Part shown: positions 18,780 through 28,440 of the stretch, piece after piece
Layout of the letters: each line of letters begins with the position of its first letter
Position numbering within the stretch: the first letter of the stretch is position 1
Assembly (NCBI GenBank): GCA_003136635.1
Contig: PLFD01000054.1
Coordinates: 1-55,698, forward strand
Length of the DNA: 55,698 nucleotides
Source: a candidate division FCPU426 bacterium
Lineage (GTDB): Bacteria; Oederibacteriota; Muellerivitia; Muellerivitales; Muellerivitaceae
Direction: 5' to 3'
Translations under genes and position numbers: made by a program
Notes under the pieces: generated by a model
What the model was told of the DNA's origin: nothing
The model's database searches: none
Seen by the model: the letters and a program-made list of their open reading frames with translations, nothing else

Positions 18780-19037
18780 TATGTCAGTAGCCTATTCGGC
18801 CATGTCAGTAATAAATCGGGCATATTTCAGTAGGAAACCGGCAAATGATACCGAGAATTCGCGAAATGATACCGAAGAACCGGATGAATGATACCGAGAA
18901 AACCCGAGATGCTACTAGGTAATCGGGTCAATGCTACCGAGGAATTGATCCAATGATACCGAGAATTTCCGAAATGATACCGAAGAACCGGGCTAATGAT
19001 ACCGAGAAATTCCCCAATGCTATCGAGGAACCGGTCG
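18780..19037. repeat. array of about 12 contiguous 21-22-bp direct repeats (two related families)
   Basis: Nine units with core AATGATACCGAG(A/G)A..., each 21-22 nt, at 18844-19037. They are preceded by 3 units of (c)ATGTCAGTA...CGGC at 18780-18843. The arrangement has higher-order structure (A B A' D E / A B A E). Confidence 0.7.
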
Positions 19038-19104
19038 TCTTCACCGAAAATTGACTATTCCGGGAGTAGGACCGGTCATGCCGATTGAACCTATCCCTTA
19101 ACCC

Positions 19105-20481
19105 TTAAAACCGGCCCAATTCCCAGCGCAAGGCCGACCCCAGGTCGGGGTAAAGAAACTCAAAGCCTTCCCGGGTCAAGCAGGCCGGGGTGACCCTCTG
19201 GCCTTCCAGTAAAAGCGCCTCGCCCATTTCGCCGAATAAAAGCTTTACCATGAAACCCGGAAGAGGGAAAAAAGTCGGTCTTTTTAAAACCTTGCCCAAA
19301 ATCTTGGTAAAGTCCCGGTTGGTCACCGATCCCGGCGCGGTGGCGTTGACCGGGCCTGACAAGGCAGGGCTGTGGATGGCGTAGTTGAAAATGCCGACCA
19401 GGTCTTCCAGCGTTATCCAGCTCATCCACTGCCGGCCTGTGCCGATAACGCCGCCGGCGCCCATCAGGGTGGGCAAAACCATTTTGGGCAAAGCCCCGCC
19501 GTTGGCTGAAAGCACAATGCCGGTGCGCAGATGGACCACTCGAATACCCGCCTTTTTCGCCGGTTCAGATGCCTCTTCCCAGGCCTGGCAGACTTCAGTC
19601 AAAAAGCCCTTTCCTGCCGGGCTGTCCTCGGTCAAAATTTCATCCTCCCGGTCGCCATAAAACCCAATCGCCGAGGAGGTGATAAAAACCTTGGGCGGAT
19701 TTTTAAGCGAGGCCAGAGTTTCAGCCAAAAACTTTGTTCCGGCAATCCGGCTTTCCCTAATCCGCTTCTTGCGCCCGGGAGTCCAGCGGCCCGCCCCGAT
19801 GTTCTCGCCGGCCAGATGAATGACCACGTCGGCGTTTTCCAGGGAGTTGGGATCAATTTCGCCCTTGTCCGGGTTCCAGAATATATCACTGCCTTTCGGC
19901 TGGCGCCGTACCAGCGCGCGCACTTCGTGACAGCCGCCGGTTAAAAACCGCGTCAGGGCGGTGCCGATCATTCCCGAAGCGCCGCTGATGATAATTTTCA
20001 ACGGACCTTTTGAGGCAAGGGGCAAAAGGCGCTTCAAATCATGCTGGGTTCTGGTGTGGCGGAAATTAAAAGTTCTTTTGAGTTTCGAGGCGATAAAGCC
20101 TCCGGCCACAATGTCGCCAAATGCGCCCAGGGGCGCCTGGTATTCCACCTGATCGGTTAGTTGACTGGTTTTTTCCGTGATGGGTTGAAACTGATGGCTA
20201 TGAATCCACTTGGCGAAAGGGCCTTCGACCTGGGTGTCGCGAAATAGTTTTCCTTCAATAAAGCCGCTGTGTACGACCACCCAGCGGATAGGCCAAAACC
20301 ACTGTTTCATTCGCAGAACCAGGCGGCTTCCATCCGTGATACCGCCCTGTTTTTCCAAAACCTCAATCTTCTCCCAGGGAGGGGTCAGGCGTTCAAAAGC
20401 ATGAGGGCATTGATGCCAGGCAAAAAGCTCTTCTACCGGCGCTTCCACAACGGATGTTTTTTCAAATAGGGACATTTTCAC
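19105..20481 (-). CDS. SRPBCC-domain / TIGR01777 (YfcH-like) NAD-dependent epimerase fusion protein
   Basis: N-terminal roughly 140-aa polyketide-cyclase/SRPBCC-like region; central KIIISGASGMIGTALTRFL Rossmann motif; C-terminal DUF1731-like tail. Confidence 0.6.
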   Translation of the reverse strand: MKMSLFEKTSVVEAPVEELFAWHQCPHAFERLTPPWEKIEVLEKQGGITDGSRLVLRMKQWFWPIRWVVVHSGFIEGKLFRDTQVEGPFAKWIHSHQFQPITEKTSQLTDQVEYQAPLGAFGDIVAGGFIASKLKRTFNFRHTRTQHDLKRLLPLASKGPLKIIISGASGMIGTALTRFLTGGCHEVRALVRRQPKGSDIFWNPDKGEIDPNSLENADVVIHLAGENIGAGRWTPGRKKRIRESRIAGTKFLAETLASLKNPPKVFITSSAIGFYGDREDEILTEDSPAGKGFLTEVCQAWEEASEPAKKAGIRVVHLRTGIVLSANGGALPKMVLPTLMGAGGVIGTGRQWMSWITLEDLVGIFNYAIHSPALSGPVNATAPGSVTNRDFTKILGKVLKRPTFFPLPGFMVKLLFGEMGEALLLEGQRVTPACLTREGFEFLYPDLGSALRWELGRF

Positions 20482-20753
20482 CTCAGGGAGCGGTTTTCTG
20501 TCTTTGAGTCTAAGGAGCCGGCTGTTTTATTGATATGACATCGGTCAATGTTTCCAGAAAACCGAGTTAATTTCGCTAGGGAAACCGGTTGATGCCAATG
20601 AGAAAGCGACCTATTTCGGTGGAAATGCCTTATGCCAGTGGATAAAAACGAGTTGCCGGTAACAGGGTTAGAATTGGGCGGGTTATATTAAAGGCGATAG
20701 TTGATCGGTTCGAGTCCAACTCGGGGAGCCATATTTAGGAAGGACCCTAAAAT

Positions 20754-21359
20754 TTATTTCAAAACCGTGGTTCTTCTTGTTTTTACGGGTTTGTCCTCAA
20801 TCCGATTGCCGATGTTTTCTTCCGGGACTTCGGGAAATATTTTTGACGCGAATTTTTCCAGAACCTCTTCCAGAGGAACGGTCCGGTCGGCGGCGATCAT
20901 CAACTCCCTCGGCTGGGAATCATGAAACAAACCCAATTCCACTTGCCGTCCCATTTCCTTCACGTGGGACAGGGCCACGGCCAAATCCGTGTCGTCTGTA
21001 ATCACGATGGCAGTGTCATAAAAATCCCTGGCGGCGTAATAAACGATGTCCGAAGCGAGTTTGATGCCGGCGCCTCTTTCTTTATAGCCTCCGTCATGGT
21101 TGGGAACGAGGCGCCCCATTCGCAATTCCAAATAGGGTGTTTTGGATAGGGAATCCAAAAAGGGCTGCTGGCTTTTGTGCTGGTCGGGGGATAAAACCGA
21201 ATCGTAGGCGGAGTTGTAATAGTAAGTTCTGACCAAGCGGCGGTCAGGCCCGGTGATGGCTTTGGAAAACTCGTAATAGTCCACCCGGGTATTTTGATTA
21301 TTCCGCTTGAGGCCGAAATAAAAATTACTTCCATCCACAAAAACGCAAACCCTATCCAT
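20754..21359 (-). CDS. NYN/LabA-like domain protein
   Basis: VCVFVDGSNFYF motif at the N-terminus. Start moved to the ATG at 21359, which follows GGAGGC. The upstream 80 codons of the ORF lack a start signal. Confidence 0.55.
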   Translation of the reverse strand: MDRVCVFVDGSNFYFGLKRNNQNTRVDYYEFSKAITGPDRRLVRTYYYNSAYDSVLSPDQHKSQQPFLDSLSKTPYLELRMGRLVPNHDGGYKERGAGIKLASDIVYYAARDFYDTAIVITDDTDLAVALSHVKEMGRQVELGLFHDSQPRELMIAADRTVPLEEVLEKFASKIFPEVPEENIGNRIEDKPVKTRRTTVLK

Positions 21360-21626
21360 GAAAAAAGCCTCCGAGACCGAATGTCCGATTTTTCGGTAAT
21401 ATTTAGTCCTCTTAATTTTAGACGACACTTGGGGCGAATGAGAGTCTTTTTTTCTGACACGACTTTTACCCGCGATCAAAATGAGAATATCTTTTCGGGT
21501 TGTCGATTTATTCGAAAGGGTATGGGCCGCAAAAAATCCATAAAGATGCCGACACCTTCCGGTTGCAACTCCGTCTAAAACCATAAGAGCGTACATAGAC
21601 GCAAAGAAGGTCAGGAAGTTCGGTTT

Positions 21627-21968
21627 ATGCGAAAACCCGTCACACTGTTAAAACTTATCTTTGTTTTTCTGTTTTTGCTGGCACCGGTGGTTCGGCCCAT
21701 CACGTCTTTCTATGTGAAAAACGGCCCGAATAATCCGATTCTTTTCGCTTCCGAAACTTCCTCCGGCTCGCCGACGGCCTTTATCCGGCATGTTTCCAGT
21801 CCGCATCAAAAATCTTCGGCTTTTTTAGGAAGAGAGGAATCGGAAACCGCCCGTTTACCCCAGGGCGTTTATAAAACTCTCGTGATGTTGGAAATGCATT
21901 CATTTGAAACCAACCGCACTGCCGGTGTGGATTCATTTTCATTCCGGTCGCCCATCCTCAGAATCTGA
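21627..21968 (+). CDS. hypothetical small secreted protein
   Basis: ORF with N-terminal hydrophobic segment; no motif. Confidence 0.25.
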   Translation: MRKPVTLLKLIFVFLFLLAPVVRPITSFYVKNGPNNPILFASETSSGSPTAFIRHVSSPHQKSSAFLGREESETARLPQGVYKTLVMLEMHSFETNRTAGVDSFSFRSPILRI

Positions 21969-22020
21969 AAACCTCCGTTCCGTTGTTTCGCTGAGTTTTT
22001 TCTCTTGAAAGGAGACCCCC

Positions 22021-22311
22021 ATGAACATGAGCAAAGAAGAAATAACCCTCATCATTCTGTTTTATTCTCTGATGGTCATCATCACCTGTACGAGGCCGTT
22101 TTTAAAACACCTCAGTTCCTATGCCTGGGTTCAGGAATTGGTCGTTCAATGGCAGGAACCGGTCATTCCCGGAGGGCCGCTTAAGACTACGGGGGTTATA
22201 CCGAACCCTCCGGTAAAGGCCACTCCCCAACGAGTTTTTCGTCAAAAGCACTTCTGCCGGGTTAAAAATTCTAAAAAAGAAAATCTTTTGAGTAAAAGTT
22301 TGGCCAGTTAG
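22021..22311 (+). CDS. hypothetical small protein
   Basis: Good SD (AAGGAGAC, 7 nt before the ATG); one TM; no motif. Confidence 0.3.
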   Translation: MNMSKEEITLIILFYSLMVIITCTRPFLKHLSSYAWVQELVVQWQEPVIPGGPLKTTGVIPNPPVKATPQRVFRQKHFCRVKNSKKENLLSKSLAS

Positions 22312-22567
22312 GGGAGTTCATCGATTTCTGACCGTGCCTTGCCTTACCCCGGGTTTGATGTGTCGGTTTCCGGAAACGGATGCCTATGGCCCTTTAAACA
22401 AGCCCGATTTCCTTCTAAAAACACTAACCAATTACAGATTATTCGTACCTGCTGGGGTGCGAGGCTAAATTACCCTAGGCGATCAACGGGATAAGCCTTA
22501 TATTTTTATCCCCAGTGCGGGCCTGAACAGGGCTTGGGTATTTGATTCAAAAATTAAGGGAGAAATT

Positions 22568-23080
22568 ATGCGTTTAATGATTTTGGGTTTGGTTTTGATG
22601 GCCACCACGGCGGCGATGGCGAAGGATTTTACGATCGCGACAATCGACTTTCAGCAGGTTTTTAACACCTATCCCGGCACGGTGAAGGCCCAGAAAAAGT
22701 TAACCGATCTGATCCAGGAAAAGCAGGATGACCTGAACGACTCGCAGAAGGTTGTCGTCGCTCTTCAAAAAGAACTGAAACATCCGGCGGCTCCCTTGTC
22801 CCCGGCGGATAAGAAGATGAAGGAAAAAGAAATTAAAACCAAAGAACAGAAACTGTTGGACGAAAAGAATGTTTTGCAGGATGAGATCGCCACCCGGAAG
22901 CAGGAAATGATGCGCGAGCTGATTACCGAAGTGAATGACATCATCTCCAACGCCGCGATCAAAGATAACGTGGATATGGTGGTGGAAAGAAACAGCGTTC
23001 ACTACATGAAAACCCCCAACGACTTGACCGCCGAAATTTTGGCCGGCTTTTCGAAGACGAAAACAGGCGCAGGTAACTAA
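22568..23080 (+). CDS. OmpH/Skp-family periplasmic chaperone
   Basis: Signal peptide, then KDFTIATIDFQQVF... and a long coiled-coil Lys/Glu-rich body typical of Skp. Confidence 0.65.
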   Translation: MRLMILGLVLMATTAAMAKDFTIATIDFQQVFNTYPGTVKAQKKLTDLIQEKQDDLNDSQKVVVALQKELKHPAAPLSPADKKMKEKEIKTKEQKLLDEKNVLQDEIATRKQEMMRELITEVNDIISNAAIKDNVDMVVERNSVHYMKTPNDLTAEILAGFSKTKTGAGN

Positions 23081-23234
23081 CCGCCGGTTTTGGGATTTTG
23101 GCTTTCTGTTTTGCGGGAAGCCAAAACCCGTTCCTTTGGCTAAAGGTTGAATCGAATCGGATGGGCTATAATAAAACAATAAACAGCCCGGCGATATCGC
23201 GGGCGGTGAATGTTTAATGGTCTCAAAGGGTGAT

Positions 23235-23885
23235 ATGAAAAAAGATGAATTTAAAATTTTCTTCGTTTTGTTTTCAGTGCTCGGGGTCATTACCTGGCTG
23301 AGCACTGCCTGCAGTTCCGGCAACAATCCCGCGGGGTCGGGCGGCACACCGACGCCCACACCGGTTAACGCGCAAACGATTTGGGCTAATGGAAACTCTG
23401 GCGTGTTTTTTAGCCAAAACGTGGCCCTGGTCCCCTATGTCGGAGCCGTCACAAATGTAAGTGCTCCTGATACGATTTCGGGTGACAACACCACCCTGCA
23501 ATTTTCAGCGCCTGCTGTTTCTACTCCGGTGACAGGAGAATTTTTAATAGCCGCGCCTGAAAATCCCGGAATCTATTACGCTTCGGGCCATTTACAATTC
23601 GACATCAAATTGAATCAGGCGGTGACGGGTAACTTTTCAGTGGGATTTGGTTATCAAGCGAATCCTCCAACGCCTACTACCACTAATACGTCGTTCTATC
23701 CCCTTCCGGCGACTTCATTGAGCATGACTACCTTTACTCATATATCGATCGCTCTTTCGACTTTTACTCCCAATTCCGCCAATGTGATCGAGCCCTTTTA
23801 CATTTTTGGCCCTTCGGGCGTTCCGGCTCAGCCCAACGCGGGACCGGCCTTTACGGTGGATAACATCCAGTGGACTTCCTATTAA
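23235..23885 (+). CDS. hypothetical lipoprotein
   Basis: Signal peptide with lipobox LSTAC; Thr/Pro-rich beta-rich body. Confidence 0.4.
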   Translation: MKKDEFKIFFVLFSVLGVITWLSTACSSGNNPAGSGGTPTPTPVNAQTIWANGNSGVFFSQNVALVPYVGAVTNVSAPDTISGDNTTLQFSAPAVSTPVTGEFLIAAPENPGIYYASGHLQFDIKLNQAVTGNFSVGFGYQANPPTPTTTNTSFYPLPATSLSMTTFTHISIALSTFTPNSANVIEPFYIFGPSGVPAQPNAGPAFTVDNIQWTSY

Positions 23886-24032
23886 AATTTAAAAAGTCTC
23901 GTTTATTTTTGTTTTAATCGGCGTGACCGCGGTCGTCTGGTTCGGCAACAAAACCCGCAAAGGCTGAAGCTCCATTTGCGGTCAGCGGGAAACCAAAATA
24001 TTATTGTTCATCTTTTGTAAAAATCATCGGGT

Positions 24033-25070
24033 TTACTGATGCTTCAGAATATTACTGAAAGTCACCGCAGCATTACCATTTAGGTCGTTCACTAACACTT
24101 TTATGGAAAAGTCCGCATTAACATTAGAAGTATCAATCATCATCTGGTGGTCATAAGCGAATGGTGTATTTTCGGTGATCGCCTGCAAGGTATTGCCGGT
24201 GGAATCCAAAATTAAAATCTGACCTTTAGTCACTAAGTTGGTTTCCCAGTTCAACTGGTATTTATCAGGGCCTATTTTAATTGTTTCAAACTGATTGAAA
24301 ATTGGTTTTGTGTTTTGGACATCTGGCGGGACACCTTCAACAGAACGCGTGTTATAAGCCAGATCGGGATTATTGCTTGAATCATTCTGTTCTGTATTTA
24401 AAGAAACTGGAGGCGCGGAAGAGGCTGCGCTGGCGTTAGCGTCAAAGTTTCTATTCTCTACCATAGCCTTTTTTTTGCTCCGCTCTATGGATCCCATGGC
24501 CAAAACCACGGGAGGTGCGGTAACGGGAACGGCTTGTTGGGCCAAGACGGCATTATCGGACGAACTCACTTGAGTTTGATTGGCCTTCGCGGTGATTTCC
24601 TGCATCGGCGCATATAAAGCGATCTGCTGGTTCGCCGAGCGATTTGTTTGCGGCTTGGTCATATCCAATTCAGGGGGGACCGGGGAAGAGACTCCGGTTG
24701 ATGAAGCCGGGCTGGTAGGTTTCAGGACGATTTCGAAATTTTTATTTCCCGGCGATTCAGAATTTTGAACAAAGAAAACAAAGGCCAAACTAGCCGCAGC
24801 GGCCAAACCCCAGGAAGCACGGGGCCAAAAGGGTTTTACGTCAGGGGGTTTGCCGTGAAGCCGGCCCATGATTTTGTCGTGAAGGTCGTTAGGCATTTTG
24901 GGTTCGGGAATGGATTTCAAAGTTTTGCCCAGACGCTCTAATTGTTTTAATTCCTCACGGGCATCGGGACAGCCTTTAATGTGTTTTTCCACCGCCGCTT
25001 TTTCACGGGCCGAGAGCTGGTTTTCCTGATAAAGAGGCAGGAGGGGATGTGTTTTTTGACAGTCTTTCAT
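24033..25070 (-). CDS. anti-sigma factor (zinc-finger-like N-terminus, single TM, periplasmic C-terminal domain)
   Basis: ATG overlaps the sigma gene's TGA (ATGA). N-terminal C...H...C cluster (MKDCQKTH...HIKGCPD) resembles a zf-HC2 anti-sigma domain. A TM helix sits at residues 90-110. Confidence 0.55.
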   Translation of the reverse strand: MKDCQKTHPLLPLYQENQLSAREKAAVEKHIKGCPDAREELKQLERLGKTLKSIPEPKMPNDLHDKIMGRLHGKPPDVKPFWPRASWGLAAAASLAFVFFVQNSESPGNKNFEIVLKPTSPASSTGVSSPVPPELDMTKPQTNRSANQQIALYAPMQEITAKANQTQVSSSDNAVLAQQAVPVTAPPVVLAMGSIERSKKKAMVENRNFDANASAASSAPPVSLNTEQNDSSNNPDLAYNTRSVEGVPPDVQNTKPIFNQFETIKIGPDKYQLNWETNLVTKGQILILDSTGNTLQAITENTPFAYDHQMMIDTSNVNADFSIKVLVNDLNGNAAVTFSNILKHQ

Positions 25071-25810
25071 AACCAATCCTTTAATTGTTCACGCAAGAGC
25101 GACCGGCCTCGGGAGATACGGGATTTGATGGTGCCCACCCCGGCTTTCAACACTTTGGCGATTTCCTCATAATCCAAATCTTCCAAATCCCTCAAGATGA
25201 CCGCCTCCCGGAAGTCTGGCGGTAGTTCGGCCAGAGCCGCTTGAATGGCTTCGCGCATGTCACCGCTTTCGATTTTTCGAGAAGAGCTAACCGCTTTTTT
25301 ATCCGTCACCTTATCCCAAAAACTCCGGCGGTCATCCTCTCCCATCTGGGGAGCCAGGACTTGTACTTTCGCCCGATTCTTTTTTGACCGGATGGCATTG
25401 CGGGAAAGGTTGGCGGTGATGGTGTAAATCCAGGTGGAAAGCGCGCTGTCGCCCCGGAATTGGGACAGAGATTTGTGGACTCGGATAAAAACTTCCTGGG
25501 CCACATCGGCGGCATCGGTTTCGTTGTTGAGGAAACGGTAAGCTACCCGATAAACCATCTGCTCGTAAGTCTTTACCAGTTTCTCAAAACCGGGGTCGCC
25601 CGAAAGGGCTTCCTGAATTATTCGCTGGTCAGTTTCGCGTTCTGATCCGGGCGACGCGATGCGGGAAAAGAGTAGAAGGATTTGTTCTCTTAAATAAAAA
25701 ACCAATTGTGGAAAAAGATTATTACCGGCGAGAAAAAATGGAAAGGTTGGAGAGAAGTCAAACATGCCGCATTTTAACATAGGAATAAAATGAACCCGAC
25801 TTGGAAACAA
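25067..25810 (-). CDS. ECF-type RNA polymerase sigma-70 factor (start codon uncertain)
   Basis: Region 2 (YEQMVYRVAYRFLNNETDAADVAQEVFIRV) and region 4 (AVILRDLEDLDYEEIAKVLKAGVGTIKSRISRGR). The first 50 or so codons of the ORF lack an SD and look non-native. Confidence 0.8.
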   Translation of the reverse strand: MFPSRVHFIPMLKCGMFDFSPTFPFFLAGNNLFPQLVFYLREQILLLFSRIASPGSERETDQRIIQEALSGDPGFEKLVKTYEQMVYRVAYRFLNNETDAADVAQEVFIRVHKSLSQFRGDSALSTWIYTITANLSRNAIRSKKNRAKVQVLAPQMGEDDRRSFWDKVTDKKAVSSSRKIESGDMREAIQAALAELPPDFREAVILRDLEDLDYEEIAKVLKAGVGTIKSRISRGRSLLREQLKDWL

Positions 25811-25836
25811 GCCGGGTTCTTCCGGGGCATATAGCT

Positions 25837-26730
25837 TCAGCGTGACGGCATCTCCGGCGCGAATTCTTCAGCCGGAAAAGGGTTGGGGCTGGAGATATTG
25901 GCAAAGTCATAATAAACAACCAGGGCTTGATCCACAGAGTACATCCCGGTGTCGTAGTTAAAGGCCACCTGAATGGTAGGGTTGGATTCCTGTTCTCCCA
26001 TTCCCGTACCGGCTTTCTCTTGAGGTTGAGGTGCGGACAAATTGAAGTTGCTGTCCACTGCGGCACTTGGTGCGCAGGCGGATCCATTTGAAATCATCGG
26101 TACGCATTCTTTTTTGGCGCGTGAAGGGGAAAGCGTTGAAAAGCTCTGGCTATAGCGATAGATGGGGTGATTGTCGTAATACTGGTCCAATTCCGCCTGA
26201 TTCCAAAAGTAAGCCGCGCCGATCACGCCGCAGTTGGCTGATAAATCTTTTTCCATCACGTCACCCTGCCACTGGGCGTAGGATTTGGGTTTTTCCGTAA
26301 AGAAGAAACGCCGGGCTTCCCCTTCGCTCACCTGCCAGCCGGGGATGGTGATGGAACTATAGGGATCGATCATCCATTTTTGACCGTCCGTGATGCCGCT
26401 GGGTTTGCCGGTGATGGAATTGAGCCCATCTACCGTTAGATTGACAGCGACTCTTACCGGCAGCGGATTATAAAGCCGCACGGAGTACCGCTCTCCTTTG
26501 GAAGCCGTAACGAATGGATGTCCGTTTTTAAAAATCTCGGGTTTAGTTCCTTCCGTATCATTCACAATTTCCATTTGGAAGCCGTAGGATTGATGTTGAA
26601 TTTGGTGCCGCAATTGGTCGTCCTGCATGACGGCGAGACGGTATTTGACGTTAAAATTTTGCTCGGCGGCCTGAACGGTTGAGACCGCTAAGGCGAAAAG
26701 CCCCAGCACTAATATTTTGCTGAATCTCAT
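25837..26730 (-). CDS. secreted hypothetical protein, first gene of the ECF sigma operon
   Basis: Signal peptide MRFSKILVLGLFALAVSTVQA; SD AAGGAG; no motif. Confidence 0.5.
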   Translation of the reverse strand: MRFSKILVLGLFALAVSTVQAAEQNFNVKYRLAVMQDDQLRHQIQHQSYGFQMEIVNDTEGTKPEIFKNGHPFVTASKGERYSVRLYNPLPVRVAVNLTVDGLNSITGKPSGITDGQKWMIDPYSSITIPGWQVSEGEARRFFFTEKPKSYAQWQGDVMEKDLSANCGVIGAAYFWNQAELDQYYDNHPIYRYSQSFSTLSPSRAKKECVPMISNGSACAPSAAVDSNFNLSAPQPQEKAGTGMGEQESNPTIQVAFNYDTGMYSVDQALVVYYDFANISSPNPFPAEEFAPEMPSR

Positions 26731-26772
26731 GATAATTCTCCTTGTTTGAAAGCTTTATACAGCCACTTGTTT

Positions 26773-26801
26773 ATTGGACACAGCGCCCGCGAAAAGGTTC
26801 C
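26773..26801 (-). promoter_or_regulatory. putative ECF-type promoter driving the secreted-protein/sigma/anti-sigma operon
   Basis: On the minus strand, GGAACC-N17-TCCAAT lies about 40 nt upstream of the ATG at 26730 and resembles GGAAC-N16-17-TC motifs. Confidence 0.3.
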
Positions 26802-26940
26802 CGAGAGGCAGGTTTTCGATGAATTGGCAGGTATTTGGGCAGAGCATTTCATTGGAAAGAATCCTCAAGTTGGGGAAATCCATTATCATATCCGCTCTAG
26901 GTGAGTCGTTTTCTGAAGCAACCCAGTAAAGTCCATTAAT

Positions 26941-28440
26941 TTGACGAACGGCGAATCCATGCATCCCCAACTCAAAACCTGCTTCCCCCGCTGTTTTTTT
27001 CTTTTGATCCTGTTTTTACTTTGTTCCACCCAAAGCCGGGCGGGTGACGACCCTCTGCAAAAATCCGTGGTCAAAATTTTCACGACTATGGAAGAGCCAA
27101 ACTACTATGAACCCTGGAGAACCGGCACCCAGGAATATGTCAGCGGCAGCGGCTGCGTGCTGCCGGGAAACCGGATTTTGACCAACGCCCATGTGGTTTC
27201 CAATGCGATTTTCATCGAAGTTCTCAAGGAAGGCGACAGCCAAAAATACATCGCCAAAAAAGAATTTGTGGCCCATGACTGCGACCTGGCCATTCTGAAG
27301 GTGGATGACCCCAAGTTTTTCGAGGGGACTGCCCCTGTGACCTTCGGCGACTTGCCGTTCAAGCGGGACAAGGTGGCGGTTTACGGGTTTCCGGTGGGCG
27401 GGGAAGAAATGTCCATCACCGAAGGGGTGGTTTCCCGTATTGAACTTTCCACTTACGCCCATTCGATGCGGACCCTGATGGATGTGCAGACGGACGCGGC
27501 GATTAACCCGGGTAACAGCGGCGGACCGGTTTTTAAAGACAAGAAAATGATCGGGGTGGCTTTTCAGGGATACAACGGGGCGGTGGCCCAGAATGTCGGT
27601 TTTTTTGTTCCCATTCCCATCGTGAAGCGGTTCCTGAAGGAAATCAAAACGGGTGTTTATCGGGGCATTCCCACTTTGGGCATATGGCAAGAGACCATGG
27701 AGAACGATTCGCTCAGGGCTTATTACGGATTGAGGCCGGACCAGACGGGGGTTTTGGTTACCGAGGTGCTTTATCAATCCTCGGCCTGGAACGCGCTGAA
27801 AGTGAATGACGTGTTGATGTCGATCGACGGTTATCCGATCGCCAATGACGGAACCATTTCTTTCCGGAAGGGCGAGCGGATTGGATCGCAGTACCCGCTG
27901 GGAGTTCACTTTTTGGGGGATCAAATCCCCTTTAAAATTTTGCGGGACAAGAAGCCGATGACGGTGATGGTGACCCTGAAGGAAGACGCCCGTTTAGTGC
28001 CTCTGATTCAATACGACAAGCAGCCGACCTATTTCATTTATGACGGTTTGATTTTCACGCCCTTCAATTCCAACTATCCCGGGATCACGAAGGATACGCC
28101 GGTGGATTTGAAAGCCCTCTATTTCCACGACATGCCCTCCCCGGACCATAAGCAGATTATTTTGATCAACCACATTCTTTCCAGCCCGATCAACCGGGGA
28201 TACGATTCGAAATTCAACAATCTGGTGGTGACCAGGGTGAACGGACATTCGATTTCAGACATGAAAGATTTAATCGCGGCCTTTGACGATCCGCAGGATG
28301 GCCGCCACGTGATCGGGATTGATAAACCGAAAGAAGTGGGGACTACCATCGTTCTGGACGCGGTGAAATCCAAACTGGCTTCACTGGAAATATTGGAACA
28401 ATACGATATTCCCAGCGACCGATCGGATGACCTGAAATGA
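26941..28440 (+). CDS. Deg2/Deg9-type trypsin-like serine protease (S1C) with PDZ and C-terminal Deg-C domain
   Basis: Catalytic triad motifs TNAHVV, DCDLAILKV and GNSGGPVF. Overall collinearity with plant Do-like 9, including the C-terminal ...IPSDRSDDLK tail. Confidence 0.8.
   Translation: MTNGESMHPQLKTCFPRCFFLLILFLLCSTQSRAGDDPLQKSVVKIFTTMEEPNYYEPWRTGTQEYVSGSGCVLPGNRILTNAHVVSNAIFIEVLKEGDSQKYIAKKEFVAHDCDLAILKVDDPKFFEGTAPVTFGDLPFKRDKVAVYGFPVGGEEMSITEGVVSRIELSTYAHSMRTLMDVQTDAAINPGNSGGPVFKDKKMIGVAFQGYNGAVAQNVGFFVPIPIVKRFLKEIKTGVYRGIPTLGIWQETMENDSLRAYYGLRPDQTGVLVTEVLYQSSAWNALKVNDVLMSIDGYPIANDGTISFRKGERIGSQYPLGVHFLGDQIPFKILRDKKPMTVMVTLKEDARLVPLIQYDKQPTYFIYDGLIFTPFNSNYPGITKDTPVDLKALYFHDMPSPDHKQIILINHILSSPINRGYDSKFNNLVVTRVNGHSISDMKDLIAAFDDPQDGRHVIGIDKPKEVGTTIVLDAVKSKLASLEILEQYDIPSDRSDDLK

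Noticed and set aside
18844-19037. Direct-repeat array considered as a CRISPR array.
   Set aside because: The repeats are contiguous with no unique spacers, the units are only 21-22 bp and degenerate, and no cas genes are present.
20650-20737. Possible tRNA gene suggested by GGTTCGAGTCC and a CGAGTTG/CAACTCG complementary pair.
   Set aside because: No consistent cloverleaf could be built. The T-stem and acceptor stem conflict in register and the D and anticodon arms do not form. It is treated as a motif or scar only.
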